From contig CAXXJJ010000001.1 of the NCBI GenBank assembly GCA_963667015.2, positions 1,280,001 through 1,344,000 of the forward strand: 64,000 nucleotides of DNA, given 5' to 3'. This DNA comes from Desulfatiglandales bacterium (GTDB taxonomy: Bacteria > Desulfobacterota > DSM-4660 > Desulfatiglandales > HGW-15). Position numbers and translations under genes: made by a program. Positions within the stretch are counted from its first letter, which is position 1; each line of letters starts with the position of its first letter. Positions 50,274 through 59,836 of this stretch are shown here, piece by piece. The notes under the pieces were generated by a model. That model saw nothing but the letters and a program-made list of their open reading frames with translations, was not told the origin of the DNA and searched no databases.

Positions 50274-50349
50274 TGGCTCCCCGGGACGGACTCGAACCGC
50301 CGACAGGGTGGTTAACAGCCACCTGCTCTACCTGCTGAGCTACCGGGGA
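50274..50349 (-). tRNA. tRNA-Asn (GTT)
   Basis: TCCCCGG acceptor stem, anticodon arm GGTGG-CTGTTAA-CCACC, GTTCGAG T-loop, CCA end. Confidence 0.96.
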
Positions 50350-50665
50350 ATATATCTACATAAAATTTAAAAAAGCAATTTCTAGCAAAATCATTAATAC
50401 AGGTCAAGCAAAAATATTAAAATTATTGGTGTATTTTTTATGTAATTTAATCTTGCTGTCCGAATGTTACGGGATGCTTAAGGGAAGCATTGGCCAGTTC
50501 ATCCAGTTTGAAGGAATTCAGTTTGTTGAACATGGCCTCTTTTTCAATAATCAGGCATCAATAGAGTTTTCTATAATATTAACAAGAGCTGAAGATACAG
50601 CTTCAGTAAAAGAAATCCGGTCTGTAAACAGACTGTTAAGCTGGATTTCAAAATGATTTTAATAT

Positions 50666-50797
50666 TTAATCATCATCTCTTCCTGTTAGAAAGTTCCAGA
50701 ATCCCAGCATCCCCAAAAGAATCAGGACTATGAGGATATAGACAATTCCTTTCGTGTGAGTAAGAAAATCCTGAAGCGTATAAAATATGTTATCCAT
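50666..50797 (-). CDS. hmcD: HmcD-like small membrane protein (43 aa, not in ORF track)
   Basis: MDNIFYTLQDFLTHTKGIVYILIVLILLGMLGFWNFLTGRDDD directly after hmcC. Confidence 0.75.
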   Translation of the reverse strand: MDNIFYTLQDFLTHTKGIVYILIVLILLGMLGFWNFLTGRDDD

Positions 50798-50823
50798 TCA
50801 ACCTTTTTCCCCCGATGGTAAAA

Positions 50824-51996
50824 TTAATGTGACTCTTTATAGTCCGGATGTTCATAGAAAATCGGCATCCAGCTGACAATGAATTTAAAAACAAGCAGGC
50901 CGCATGTGAGAAGAAAAATGGAAATTCCAATCTCCATCCAGTGCGGGAAATATCTTTCGCTTGAAGGAAGGTGCCAGTTAAAGGCGATCAGGCATATATT
51001 GAGTCTGTTGACCATAATACCCAGCACGGTCCAGCCGGAAGTTAATCTTATCAGTTTAAGGTTCTTAGCCCTTACTCCAACCGCATAGAGAAAGCATGGT
51101 AATGCTACGAATCCCAGAAGTTCCACCAGGTACCACATTCCATAGGAAGTTGCGAGGTAATGCCAGTTATTGTCCGCGGCAATACCAATAACTTTAACAG
51201 CAAAATAGCCCGCCAGCACCCATGATGCAGCCTTGCCGAATCCAAGCGCAACCTGGTCTTTTTCCTTCATATGAGCTTCATCCATTTTATGGGAATAATA
51301 GTGATGGGACAGAGTGCCTTCGAATATTACCATTGATAGACCGGCGATTATGGCTGTAACAAAGAAATATACCGGCAGATATGAAGAATACCAAAGGGGA
51401 TGAAGCTTGGAAGGTGCGATTAAAAACAGTGCCCCGAGTGAAGACTGATGCAGGGTTGAAAGTATAACACCCAAAATTGTCAGGACCAGCGTAAGTTTAT
51501 GTATCAGGTTTCTTAATTTTTTCAGGCCAAGCCACTCAAGAGCCGCAGGTGAAAATTCAAGAAACAAAACAGTCAGGTAGAGAGCCACACATATTGCCAC
51601 TTCAAAAAGCACAGAGGTAGTTCCCTGCTGTACTACAAGCGGATAAGGCAGTCTCCATGGTCGGCCGACATCGTAGTTCAGGGCGACCACAACAAGTGCA
51701 TAACCTAAAAACCCGGTAAGGATAGCCGGTCTGACCGCAGAATGGTATTTTTTCATTCCGAAGATATAGACTGCCGCAGAGGTTACAAAGCCTCCGGCAG
51801 CAAGAGCGACGCCAGAGAGCAGATCGAAGCCTATCCATATTCCCCAGGGATTATAATCCGAGAGATTCGATACAGCACCCAGTCCCCCCATGAAGCGGAG
51901 TCCGGTCAGTACAAGGCCAATAAGGACAATAAATCCTGCAATGACATTAAATGGCGTCATTAATGATTTAACGGTGAAAGTACCGCTTTTTGACAT
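50824..51996 (-). CDS. hmcC: HmcC (NrfD/HybB-family membrane subunit)
   Basis: NLSD.PWGIW, DVGRPW, LSTLHQSSLG, LHPLW; many TMs. Confidence 0.88.
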   Translation of the reverse strand: MSKSGTFTVKSLMTPFNVIAGFIVLIGLVLTGLRFMGGLGAVSNLSDYNPWGIWIGFDLLSGVALAAGGFVTSAAVYIFGMKKYHSAVRPAILTGFLGYALVVVALNYDVGRPWRLPYPLVVQQGTTSVLFEVAICVALYLTVLFLEFSPAALEWLGLKKLRNLIHKLTLVLTILGVILSTLHQSSLGALFLIAPSKLHPLWYSSYLPVYFFVTAIIAGLSMVIFEGTLSHHYYSHKMDEAHMKEKDQVALGFGKAASWVLAGYFAVKVIGIAADNNWHYLATSYGMWYLVELLGFVALPCFLYAVGVRAKNLKLIRLTSGWTVLGIMVNRLNICLIAFNWHLPSSERYFPHWMEIGISIFLLTCGLLVFKFIVSWMPIFYEHPDYKESH

Positions 51997-52041
51997 AAGA
52001 GGTCCTCCTAAAGAATGTTGCTATTCGTCTTTGCCTGACTC

Positions 52042-53010
52042 TTAATTTGAAGATTCATTTTCCCGGGCGGCTTTAGCTGCTTCTTCCAGGGCTTTTTTCA
52101 CTTCTTTTTGTATTGCTGTTTCTTTTTCTTTTTCAGCTATTTTATCCTTACGTTTGTTTATGGCATATATTCCTGTAAGTAATACCGGCCAGAGAGATAC
52201 TACAATGGGTACAGCGCTCAGCGCTCCGTATGTCAGCTCAGGAGCAGGTGTTATGCCAAGGTCCTCTCTCATGCCTGTTTCCTTAAAAGGAACTCCTGAC
52301 AGATAAAGCCAGCTTGTTCCACCCATCTCATGTTCACCGTAAATATGGTCCTGGTACCGATCGGGATATTTCTCTATCCTTTTACGGGCAATTTTGATGA
52401 GATCATCACGCTTTCCGAACTTCAAAGCACCTGTAGGGCATGATTCAACACAGCCCGGAAGTTTATTCTCTTTTATCCTGTCATGGCACATCGTACATTT
52501 TCTGACCCTGGGAGTAAGCGGTTCATTATATTCATATGTAGGAATTTCAAAGGGACATGCAATAATACAGTACCTGCAGCCGACGCACACGGACGGATCA
52601 TATGTAACTGCACCCTCTTTGGTCTTTTTAAACGCCTTTACGAAGCATACTGATGCGCATGCTGGTTCAAGACAGTGGTTGCACTGGTTTTTTCTAAAAA
52701 TTGGAGAGCCATCGTTTTTTTTGCCGTCATACCTGTTAACAACGGTAAATGCCTCAGTTGTAGTTCTTCTTTTCTTATCCAGTACAGTAAGATCATTAAA
52801 GGGTTTTTCAGGCTTTGGCAATTCATTGACGATGTTGCAGCCTTCTTCGCAACTCCTGCACCCTATACAAAGCACTGTATCATGTAAAACGCCATAGCTT
52901 TCGGGATAACCTTTAAAATGTTTTTTTGCAGCATGGGCAGACTTACTTATTGCAGTAGAACTCCCTGCAGCGCCAATCCAACCTAGAAATTTCCTGCGTG
53001 ATATGGACAT
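52042..53010 (-). CDS. hmcB: HmcB (Tat-exported 4x[4Fe-4S] protein)
   Basis: SRRKFL Tat motif, [29 protein letters not shown]-terminal TM. Confidence 0.88.
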   Translation of the reverse strand: MSISRRKFLGWIGAAGSSTAISKSAHAAKKHFKGYPESYGVLHDTVLCIGCRSCEEGCNIVNELPKPEKPFNDLTVLDKKRRTTTEAFTVVNRYDGKKNDGSPIFRKNQCNHCLEPACASVCFVKAFKKTKEGAVTYDPSVCVGCRYCIIACPFEIPTYEYNEPLTPRVRKCTMCHDRIKENKLPGCVESCPTGALKFGKRDDLIKIARKRIEKYPDRYQDHIYGEHEMGGTSWLYLSGVPFKETGMREDLGITPAPELTYGALSAVPIVVSLWPVLLTGIYAINKRKDKIAEKEKETAIQKEVKKALEEAAKAARENESSN

Positions 53011-53018
53011 AAATTACC

Positions 53019-54572
53019 TCAAAAATCGTTTAGTTTGTTTAGGCCGATAACCTTGTGACAATCAGTGCAACTGGTTGATTCCGGCTTTTCAATACCCATT
53101 CTATCATGACAGCCCATACATTGTTGATGGTAAGCCACTTTCAGATCTGGTTTTAACAGTTCCGAATCAATTGATGACTTGCTGTGGCAAGCGGCACATT
53201 TGGGCGGAGTTATGCTGGCCGGGCTGTTGTGGTGGCAGCCGATGCAGAGAGTCTCTTTCCCGTTATGAAAGAAACCGGCCAGATTATTGTCTTTTATATT
53301 GAGCATAAGAGAATCAACATGTTTCCGGTGACGGAACTCAACTGCTCCATACTGGAAAGATAATCCATCAATGGTTACTGCTTCAGGAATTTCTTTATTT
53401 TCAATTGCATCTGAATCAGTTTTTTCGGCTTTAAGAAGCATTGCCGCGATTGATTCCGGTTTCCGGTTTTCTGTTATACCGGTTTCAGGCATATCCATGT
53501 GGCATTTCAGGCAGGTATCATATAAATTGTTTCCCTTTGTCATTTGTCCGTGACAACCGGCACATTCTTTCTGGTTTTTGTTGATTTCATGGCAGCCAAT
53601 ACAGCTTTGTTTGCTGTCAACCTGATGCATCGCCCGCTCAGCGGTGATCATATTTCCCTGTTTTGAGCCCTCTATAGTATGACATGATTTAGAGCAGGAA
53701 TCGATGGCAGCATGGTGACAGATACGGCATGTATCCTGGGATTCCTCATGTGTCTTGTGATTGAATGGTACGGGGTTCATTCTATAGGAGAGGTTGCCCG
53801 TATTTTTATCCCGGGTTTTAGTGCCTATGAGCGCAAAGTCAGGCTGTCCTCCTGTCAGTCTGGGAACGTCTTCAAATCTGTCAATTTTCTGTTGTTCATC
53901 AATATCGTGGCATGCTCTGCATTTAACCGGGCCGGATAATTCTCTATGGCAGCCGATACAGGAAAGATGAGATGCTGCCTTTATGGAAACAGTATTTTCA
54001 GTATCTTCATTCTTGTGGCAATAGCTGCATGATCCTTCTTTTTGATCATCATGGTGACAACCGCTGCAGTTCTCGTCATTCATTTCTATGTGCTGGAAGT
54101 GCAGCGATTTATCAAAAGCTAATGGCTGCCATGAAGAAACGACCTCAGGTTCTTTATGGCATTCACCACATAATTCAATAGGGCCTGTTTTCTTACCTGT
54201 ATCGGACATTTCTTTATGACAGGTAATGCAGTTGTTATGATAGATATCCATTACCTCCTGCTTGTTTGTATCATCGATTCTTTTGAATTTAAGGGAAAAA
54301 TTTTCGCTGCCTCGGGTCTCGTCGATTAAATGGCAGGTTTCACAACCCTTATTTTCTTTTTCGAGTGCGCCTGTATGGGCATCATGGGAGAATGGAACTT
54401 CTTTTCTTTCAAGGGCACCAAAGGATTTCAATGTGTTGATATTGATGATATCAGCCCTTTTTTCTCCATTTGCATCATTCTTCGTTACATTTGCTTCAAT
54501 TGATAGGGCGAAGCTGAATACGGCAAAGGCCATAATGGCAATTAATTGATACAAATACCTTCGTTTTTTCAT
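53019..54572 (-). CDS. hmcA: HmcA 16-heme high-molecular-weight cytochrome c
   Basis: Signal peptide; 15 CxxCH + one CxxxCH. Confidence 0.88.
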   Translation of the reverse strand: MKKRRYLYQLIAIMAFAVFSFALSIEANVTKNDANGEKRADIININTLKSFGALERKEVPFSHDAHTGALEKENKGCETCHLIDETRGSENFSLKFKRIDDTNKQEVMDIYHNNCITCHKEMSDTGKKTGPIELCGECHKEPEVVSSWQPLAFDKSLHFQHIEMNDENCSGCHHDDQKEGSCSYCHKNEDTENTVSIKAASHLSCIGCHRELSGPVKCRACHDIDEQQKIDRFEDVPRLTGGQPDFALIGTKTRDKNTGNLSYRMNPVPFNHKTHEESQDTCRICHHAAIDSCSKSCHTIEGSKQGNMITAERAMHQVDSKQSCIGCHEINKNQKECAGCHGQMTKGNNLYDTCLKCHMDMPETGITENRKPESIAAMLLKAEKTDSDAIENKEIPEAVTIDGLSFQYGAVEFRHRKHVDSLMLNIKDNNLAGFFHNGKETLCIGCHHNSPASITPPKCAACHSKSSIDSELLKPDLKVAYHQQCMGCHDRMGIEKPESTSCTDCHKVIGLNKLNDF

Positions 54573-55052
54573 TTTTCAGTCCTTGATTAGTAAATAAACT
54601 ACCTTGCGATGTGCTTAAAATAACAGACCCTCTGGGCCTGGATTTTTTAAGTCGAAAAACAGGTCCACCAATAAAACCGAATTATTTAGGTCTAAACAAT
54701 ACTTAATTTGGCAAACACCTACTAATTTAGTGGGGAATGACTATAAAAATATAAAACTGAATTCACAAGAGAAAAATTAAAAAAATGGGTATCCTTCTGA
54801 TATAGAGGCTTAGATATTTGATTTTGCTGGTTTACTATGATTAAGAAATTTCATGCCGGAATGACATACTTCTAATTTGCAGTGAAGTATAAATACATAC
54901 TGTTACAGTGGCAATGATTGATTCGGGATTATTTATATTTCAACCTGAACCTCCCACCGGGCTAATGACAGGATTAAAATATAGATTATATCCAGAAATG
55001 GAATGGGCGCTTAATTTAAATATCTTAAAGCGCCCGTTTTATGCGGATCAGG

Positions 55053-55253
55053 TTAAATCGTTTTTACATTTTTTGCAGACGGACCTTTGGGGCCATCTTC
55101 GATTTCAAAGGTTACCTGGTCGCCCTCAGTAAGGCTTTTAAATCCGTCAGCAAGTATCCCTGAATGATGAACAAAAACATCGGGACCATTATCCTGCTCG
55201 ATAAAACCAAAACCTTTACGATCGTTAAACCACTTTACTGTGCCATTAGCCAT
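55053..55253 (-). CDS. Cold-shock protein
   Basis: [18 protein letters not shown]...DVFVHH. Confidence 0.95.
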   Translation of the reverse strand: MANGTVKWFNDRKGFGFIEQDNGPDVFVHHSGILADGFKSLTEGDQVTFEIEDGPKGPSAKNVKTI

Positions 55254-55848
55254 GGTGACATCCTCCTTCCAAATTAGTTTACAAGTTTCAATACACAAAG
55301 GATGCCACTTTAAAAGTTGTTTCCTTTTGAAAGAAACAGGCCTGAAATTGATCAGGCAACATTAACAAAAAAACATAGCTTATAATAAACCATATTTCAA
55401 GATAAATTTATTTATATAATGAACAAAAATAAGATAAAATAAAAATATTAAATAAAATAGATTGAAAATTAAGTATAAAAAATAATAGCTTGACCTATAA
55501 AAATTAAAAAGTTAAAGTTAGGCATATCATTAAAAAAAATCTATATTAATGTATATATTGGTAGTTTAAAATTTATTTAATACGATTAAAAATCGTATTG
55601 TTTATTGTTAGGCAGTCTGCAAGTTTCAGGAGTTGGAACTAAAGAGATAATATTAAAGTGCAGCCAGACCCATGCCAGCCCATTTTTACCAGTACCCTAC
55701 TCTTTAAAAATGGCTCCATTTCTTTCGGATGAACTTCACATTATCTTAAAAACCGCATTTCTTAAAATGATGACAGTTTTTTTAACAGCAGAGTTTTCCA
55801 TTTTTGCTATTTACGTTAACAACAAACAGATATCAGGGGGATAATCAA

Positions 55849-56166
55849 ATGAATATTTATGTGGGAAATTTGTCTTATGAGGTTACGGAAGAAGACCTGA
55901 ACAGTGCCTTTGCAGCTTTTGGAGAAGTTGTTTCAGCCAAGGTAATAAAAGACCAGTACAGCGGCAGGTCCAAGGGCTTCGGTTTTGTTGAAATGTCAAA
56001 TAATTCTGAGGCTGAAGCAGCGATCAACGGGCTCAATGGTTCGGAGATAAAGGGGCGTGCTGTAAAGGTAAACCAGGCCAGTCCGAGACGTGAGGGACGA
56101 AGCGGCGGTGGCGGCGGTGGTGGTCGTGGACGACAGGGTAATTTCAACAGCAGAAAACGTTATTAA
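55849..56166 (+). CDS. RRM RNA-binding protein with Gly-rich tail
   Basis: MNIYVGNL, SKGFGFVEM. Confidence 0.93.
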   Translation: MNIYVGNLSYEVTEEDLNSAFAAFGEVVSAKVIKDQYSGRSKGFGFVEMSNNSEAEAAINGLNGSEIKGRAVKVNQASPRREGRSGGGGGGGRGRQGNFNSRKRY

Positions 56167-56224
56167 AGATACATATAGTCCTCAGGCTGAACCGAATGAG
56201 CCCGGAAAAGATGCATATAACTCA

Positions 56225-56839
56225 ATGTTTAAAAGTAGAAAAAAAGATTTTATCCATAACGGTATAAAAGTGCTTCGTTCCAACCATAAGGCTATCCGTC
56301 GACTGAAACATATTCATAAACCGTCTCTGCATGGTTTCAGGGTATGGCCGTCGAGCTGGCTATTACTGGATTATTTTAAGAGAAGCGGATTTATTCATAA
56401 TTCACATATTCTCGATATCGGCTGCGGATGGGGGATTGCAGGTATATATTGTGTTAAAAATTTTAATTCTGTTGTAACCTGCGTGGACAGTGATTCTGCT
56501 GTTTTTCCCTATGTGCATTTGCATGCTGAGATTAATGATGTTTCAGTTAATACCCTTGAAGCGGACTTTGACGATTTGCCTGCAAAATATTTCAAAAATA
56601 TAGATACCATGATCGGAGCAGATATATGTTTCTGGGACAATCTGGTGGAAACCCTGATAAAAATGATCCTGAGGGCACTTGAATATGGTGTCAGGAATAT
56701 AATATTTGCTGATCCGGGAAGGCCTACCTTTGAAAAACTTGGAAAATACTTTCAGAGCAAAGGTCTGGGAGAGATCATAAACTGGGATGTCAACCGCCCG
56801 TACTCCATTCAGGGGCGTATTCTCAGAGTGGGCATATAA
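56225..56839 (+). CDS. Class I SAM-dependent methyltransferase (lysine methyltransferase-like)
   Basis: VWPSS, ILDIGCGWG, IGADI, ADPGR. Confidence 0.8.
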   Translation: MFKSRKKDFIHNGIKVLRSNHKAIRRLKHIHKPSLHGFRVWPSSWLLLDYFKRSGFIHNSHILDIGCGWGIAGIYCVKNFNSVVTCVDSDSAVFPYVHLHAEINDVSVNTLEADFDDLPAKYFKNIDTMIGADICFWDNLVETLIKMILRALEYGVRNIIFADPGRPTFEKLGKYFQSKGLGEIINWDVNRPYSIQGRILRVGI

Positions 56840-56853
56840 TTCGGGATAAAAAG

Positions 56854-57351
56854 ATGGAAGCGAAAAAAGCCAGTGAATCTTTTGTAACCAAAACCACACT
56901 TATTCTGCCTCCTGATACCAATAACCACGGTACTATATTCGGCGGAAAAACCATGTCTCATATTGATGAAGTTGCAGCACTGTCAGCAATGAGGCATGCG
57001 CGCATGAGTGTTGTAACTGCCTCAACAGACTCTGTAGATTTTCTGCATCCAATAAAGAGCGGGCAGGCAATCTGCGTGGAGGCCTTTGTTACATGGACAA
57101 GGCATACGTCCATGGAGGTATTTGTAAAAGTGCTGGGGGAAAATCTTTTTACAGGTGAGCGGATTACATGCACCACTGCCTTTTTGACCTTTGTTGCCAT
57201 AGGGAGTGACGGTAAACCTCACACTGTTCCTCCGGTCATTCCTGAAAGCGATATTGAAAAAAGTCTCTTTGACTCTGCCCCTGAACGGGCAAGACTCAGG
57301 CGGGAAAGAAGAGAACATTCAAAAATATTTGCCGAGGAATTCGGTATTTAA
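56854..57351 (+). CDS. Acyl-CoA thioesterase (hotdog, YciA-like)
   Basis: DTNNHGTIFGG, DEVA, VVTAS, TSMEV. Confidence 0.9.
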   Translation: MEAKKASESFVTKTTLILPPDTNNHGTIFGGKTMSHIDEVAALSAMRHARMSVVTASTDSVDFLHPIKSGQAICVEAFVTWTRHTSMEVFVKVLGENLFTGERITCTTAFLTFVAIGSDGKPHTVPPVIPESDIEKSLFDSAPERARLRRERREHSKIFAEEFGI

Positions 57352-57560
57352 TACACTGTAGAATTAATTCTCTCTTTAATCATACTGTAGTTGTAAAAAA
57401 CTATATGACCGAAGCTTCAATTAAGTTGATATTTCAAAATATTTAAAGTAAGAAATTTTAAAAATAAAAAAGAGCAAACCCAAAAGACTTACTGGATTTG
57501 CTCTTCCATGTTTGTTTGTGGCTTATTTTGCTAAAACTTTGGCAAATAATTGCAAAATAA

Positions 57561-57637
57561 TGGTCGGGACGAGAGGATTTGAACCTCCGGCCCCCTGAAC
57601 CCCATTCAGGTGCGCTACCAGACTGCGCCACGTCCCG
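57561..57637 (-). tRNA. tRNA-Pro (GGG)
   Basis: CGGGACG acceptor stem, anticodon arm CCTGA-ATGGGGT-TCAGG, GTTCAAATCC, CCA end. Confidence 0.95.
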
Positions 57638-57804
57638 GTCGACTGCAACAATTAATCAAAAATCATAAAACTGTCAACTATAATAATTTTGATTATGAAA
57701 AAAAATTCCCTGTTTGCACATTTTTATGTGCGCAGATGCAATAAAAAATGTGCACATCTGGTTGGCATTTATTAAAAAAGCTTTAATAACAAAGTGTTAT
57801 GTCT

Positions 57805-57820
57805 TGGCATATTGGTTGCA
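57805..57820 (+). promoter_or_regulatory. sigma54 promoter of the cyclase gene
   Basis: TGGCATATTGGTTGCA; inverted repeat TGCACATTTTT...AAAAATGTGCA at ~57715-57754 upstream. Confidence 0.7.
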
Positions 57821-57860
57821 AACTATAATATCTTACATCTTTCTTCGGCAGGCAATAAAT

Positions 57861-59702
57861 ATGAGCAGAACAGACTGCATAAGCAACAGAAATATAAGTA
57901 TTGTATCTTCCTATCTCCTGAAAAAAAGAGGGACTTATTCATCACTGTTTCATGATCTTCCGTTTCCGTCTGACAGGTATGAATCAGCAGAAGCCTTTTT
58001 TTTAAATGAAGATGAGTGGACAACCTATGACAATTTTCATGAAATATTGAGACGGGCAAAAGAATTCTCAGAAGAACCATATTTTTATTTCAATTGCGGT
58101 TCTTCTTCTGCAATGCTCAGATCCTGGGGCCGGTTCGGTTATCTTGTCAGGTTTTTTGCCGGACCGGACGACGGTTTTAAAAGGCTTTCCTTTTTTAACA
58201 GTAATATCAATGATACAAAAGATATTGAGGTAGTCAAACCGCCATCCTATGACAGGACCCTGAAAAGAGTAAGAGTAATATTCAAGGTCACATACCATGA
58301 TGATATTGATGTCAATAATGATTATATCGTGGATGCATACAGGCGGGGAATTATATCCTCCATCCCGACACTGTGGGGCCTTTCGTCAGCAAAAATAATA
58401 CAGCCGCTGAATGCCTATGATCCGGTAATCCTCCTGAACAATGAGCCTGAATTTGCCGATTTTAACTTTGAGGCGAAGATGGAAAAAGAGTACCTGGTAA
58501 TAACTGATCCCATTGAAAAAGTGAGAAGACAGGTAGGGAAAAGTATCAGCCTGATACCGGACAGAGTTAATGATAAGGAAGTGTTTCTGGGAAGATACTC
58601 TGAGCAGAATACTGGCAGTGAAAATGCAATGAGGCCGGATGCCATTCTTATTACAGAAACAGTCCATGCTGATGACCGCATTATACTGAGAAAAGGCGAA
58701 ATCTATCGTGCTCCATATTTTATTCTTGATGTTACATACAACAGGTTTTCATGGTTAAAACGTTGTATGAAGGTACTTAAAGGAAAAACAAATTCATCGG
58801 ATTCCGAGATGCATCTTGTAGATACCATAAACAACCTGCGCATCAATATAAAGGCAAGGAATAAGGCCTATGAAAGCCTAAAGACTGTAAATGAAGAGCT
58901 GGCGAATGCAAAGGCCATACTTGAGAATTACAATGAAACGCTTGAACAGAAGGTTGACGAGCGTACAATAGAGTTGAAAAAGGCACGTGAAGAACTTCTT
59001 CTCCTTAATGAAGGGCTTGAGGAAAAGGTGAATAGGCAGATAGATGAACTGAATAAATACAACAATCTCAGGCGTTACCTTTCACCCAAGGTGGCTGAAA
59101 AAATATTGTCGAATGGAAATTCCCAGTGGGCCGTACCAAGAAGAAAAATGATGACAGTCATGTTTACTGACATCAGAAATTTTTCCACATTTACCGATAA
59201 TCTTGAACCCGAAGAATTATTTAACCTTCTCCATAGTTATATCTCCGAGATGACAAAGATCGTTTACAAATACGAGGGTACACTCAACAAGATAATAGGT
59301 GACGGGCTTCTGATTTTTCTGGGTGATCCCGTCCCTATGGATGATCATGCCCAGAGGGCCGTAATGATGGGCATTGAGATGCAGAAGAAGACAGAAGAAT
59401 TAAAAGCGGACTGGAGATATTACGGGTATGAATTCGGGATGGGCATAGGTATTAACACCGGGTATATGACGGTCGGGAATATCGGTTCTGAAATGCAGCT
59501 TGACTATACTGTTATAGGAAATCAGGTTAATGTTGCTTCACGCCTTGAATCAAACGCAAAGGCAGGCCAGATACTTATAAGTCAGAGAACATACAGCAGT
59601 GTATCTGATATGGTTGAGGCCGATAAGATTGGAGAAATTTCAGTTAAGGGAATACATAATCCGGTTCTAACTTACAATGTCAGGTGTTTAAAGACTTCCT
59701 GA
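57861..59702 (+). CDS. Class III adenylate/guanylate cyclase with long unrecognised N-terminal region and coiled coil
   Basis: FTDIRNFS, KIIGDG, GIGINTG, DYTVIGNQVNVASRLE; likely start MSRTDC after the sigma54 promoter. Confidence 0.85.
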   Translation: MSRTDCISNRNISIVSSYLLKKRGTYSSLFHDLPFPSDRYESAEAFFLNEDEWTTYDNFHEILRRAKEFSEEPYFYFNCGSSSAMLRSWGRFGYLVRFFAGPDDGFKRLSFFNSNINDTKDIEVVKPPSYDRTLKRVRVIFKVTYHDDIDVNNDYIVDAYRRGIISSIPTLWGLSSAKIIQPLNAYDPVILLNNEPEFADFNFEAKMEKEYLVITDPIEKVRRQVGKSISLIPDRVNDKEVFLGRYSEQNTGSENAMRPDAILITETVHADDRIILRKGEIYRAPYFILDVTYNRFSWLKRCMKVLKGKTNSSDSEMHLVDTINNLRINIKARNKAYESLKTVNEELANAKAILENYNETLEQKVDERTIELKKAREELLLLNEGLEEKVNRQIDELNKYNNLRRYLSPKVAEKILSNGNSQWAVPRRKMMTVMFTDIRNFSTFTDNLEPEELFNLLHSYISEMTKIVYKYEGTLNKIIGDGLLIFLGDPVPMDDHAQRAVMMGIEMQKKTEELKADWRYYGYEFGMGIGINTGYMTVGNIGSEMQLDYTVIGNQVNVASRLESNAKAGQILISQRTYSSVSDMVEADKIGEISVKGIHNPVLTYNVRCLKTS

Positions 59703-59836
59703 TTTTTATTCTGCAGTCTGTCTTTTGGAATTCCATTTTATGTCTTAGGAATTTTAACAGTCTTTTCTGATATTTACCTTGCATTTGCCTGACAAATATA
59801 GAAAAATAAGCTCTGTTAAGTAAGAAATCCATCGAT

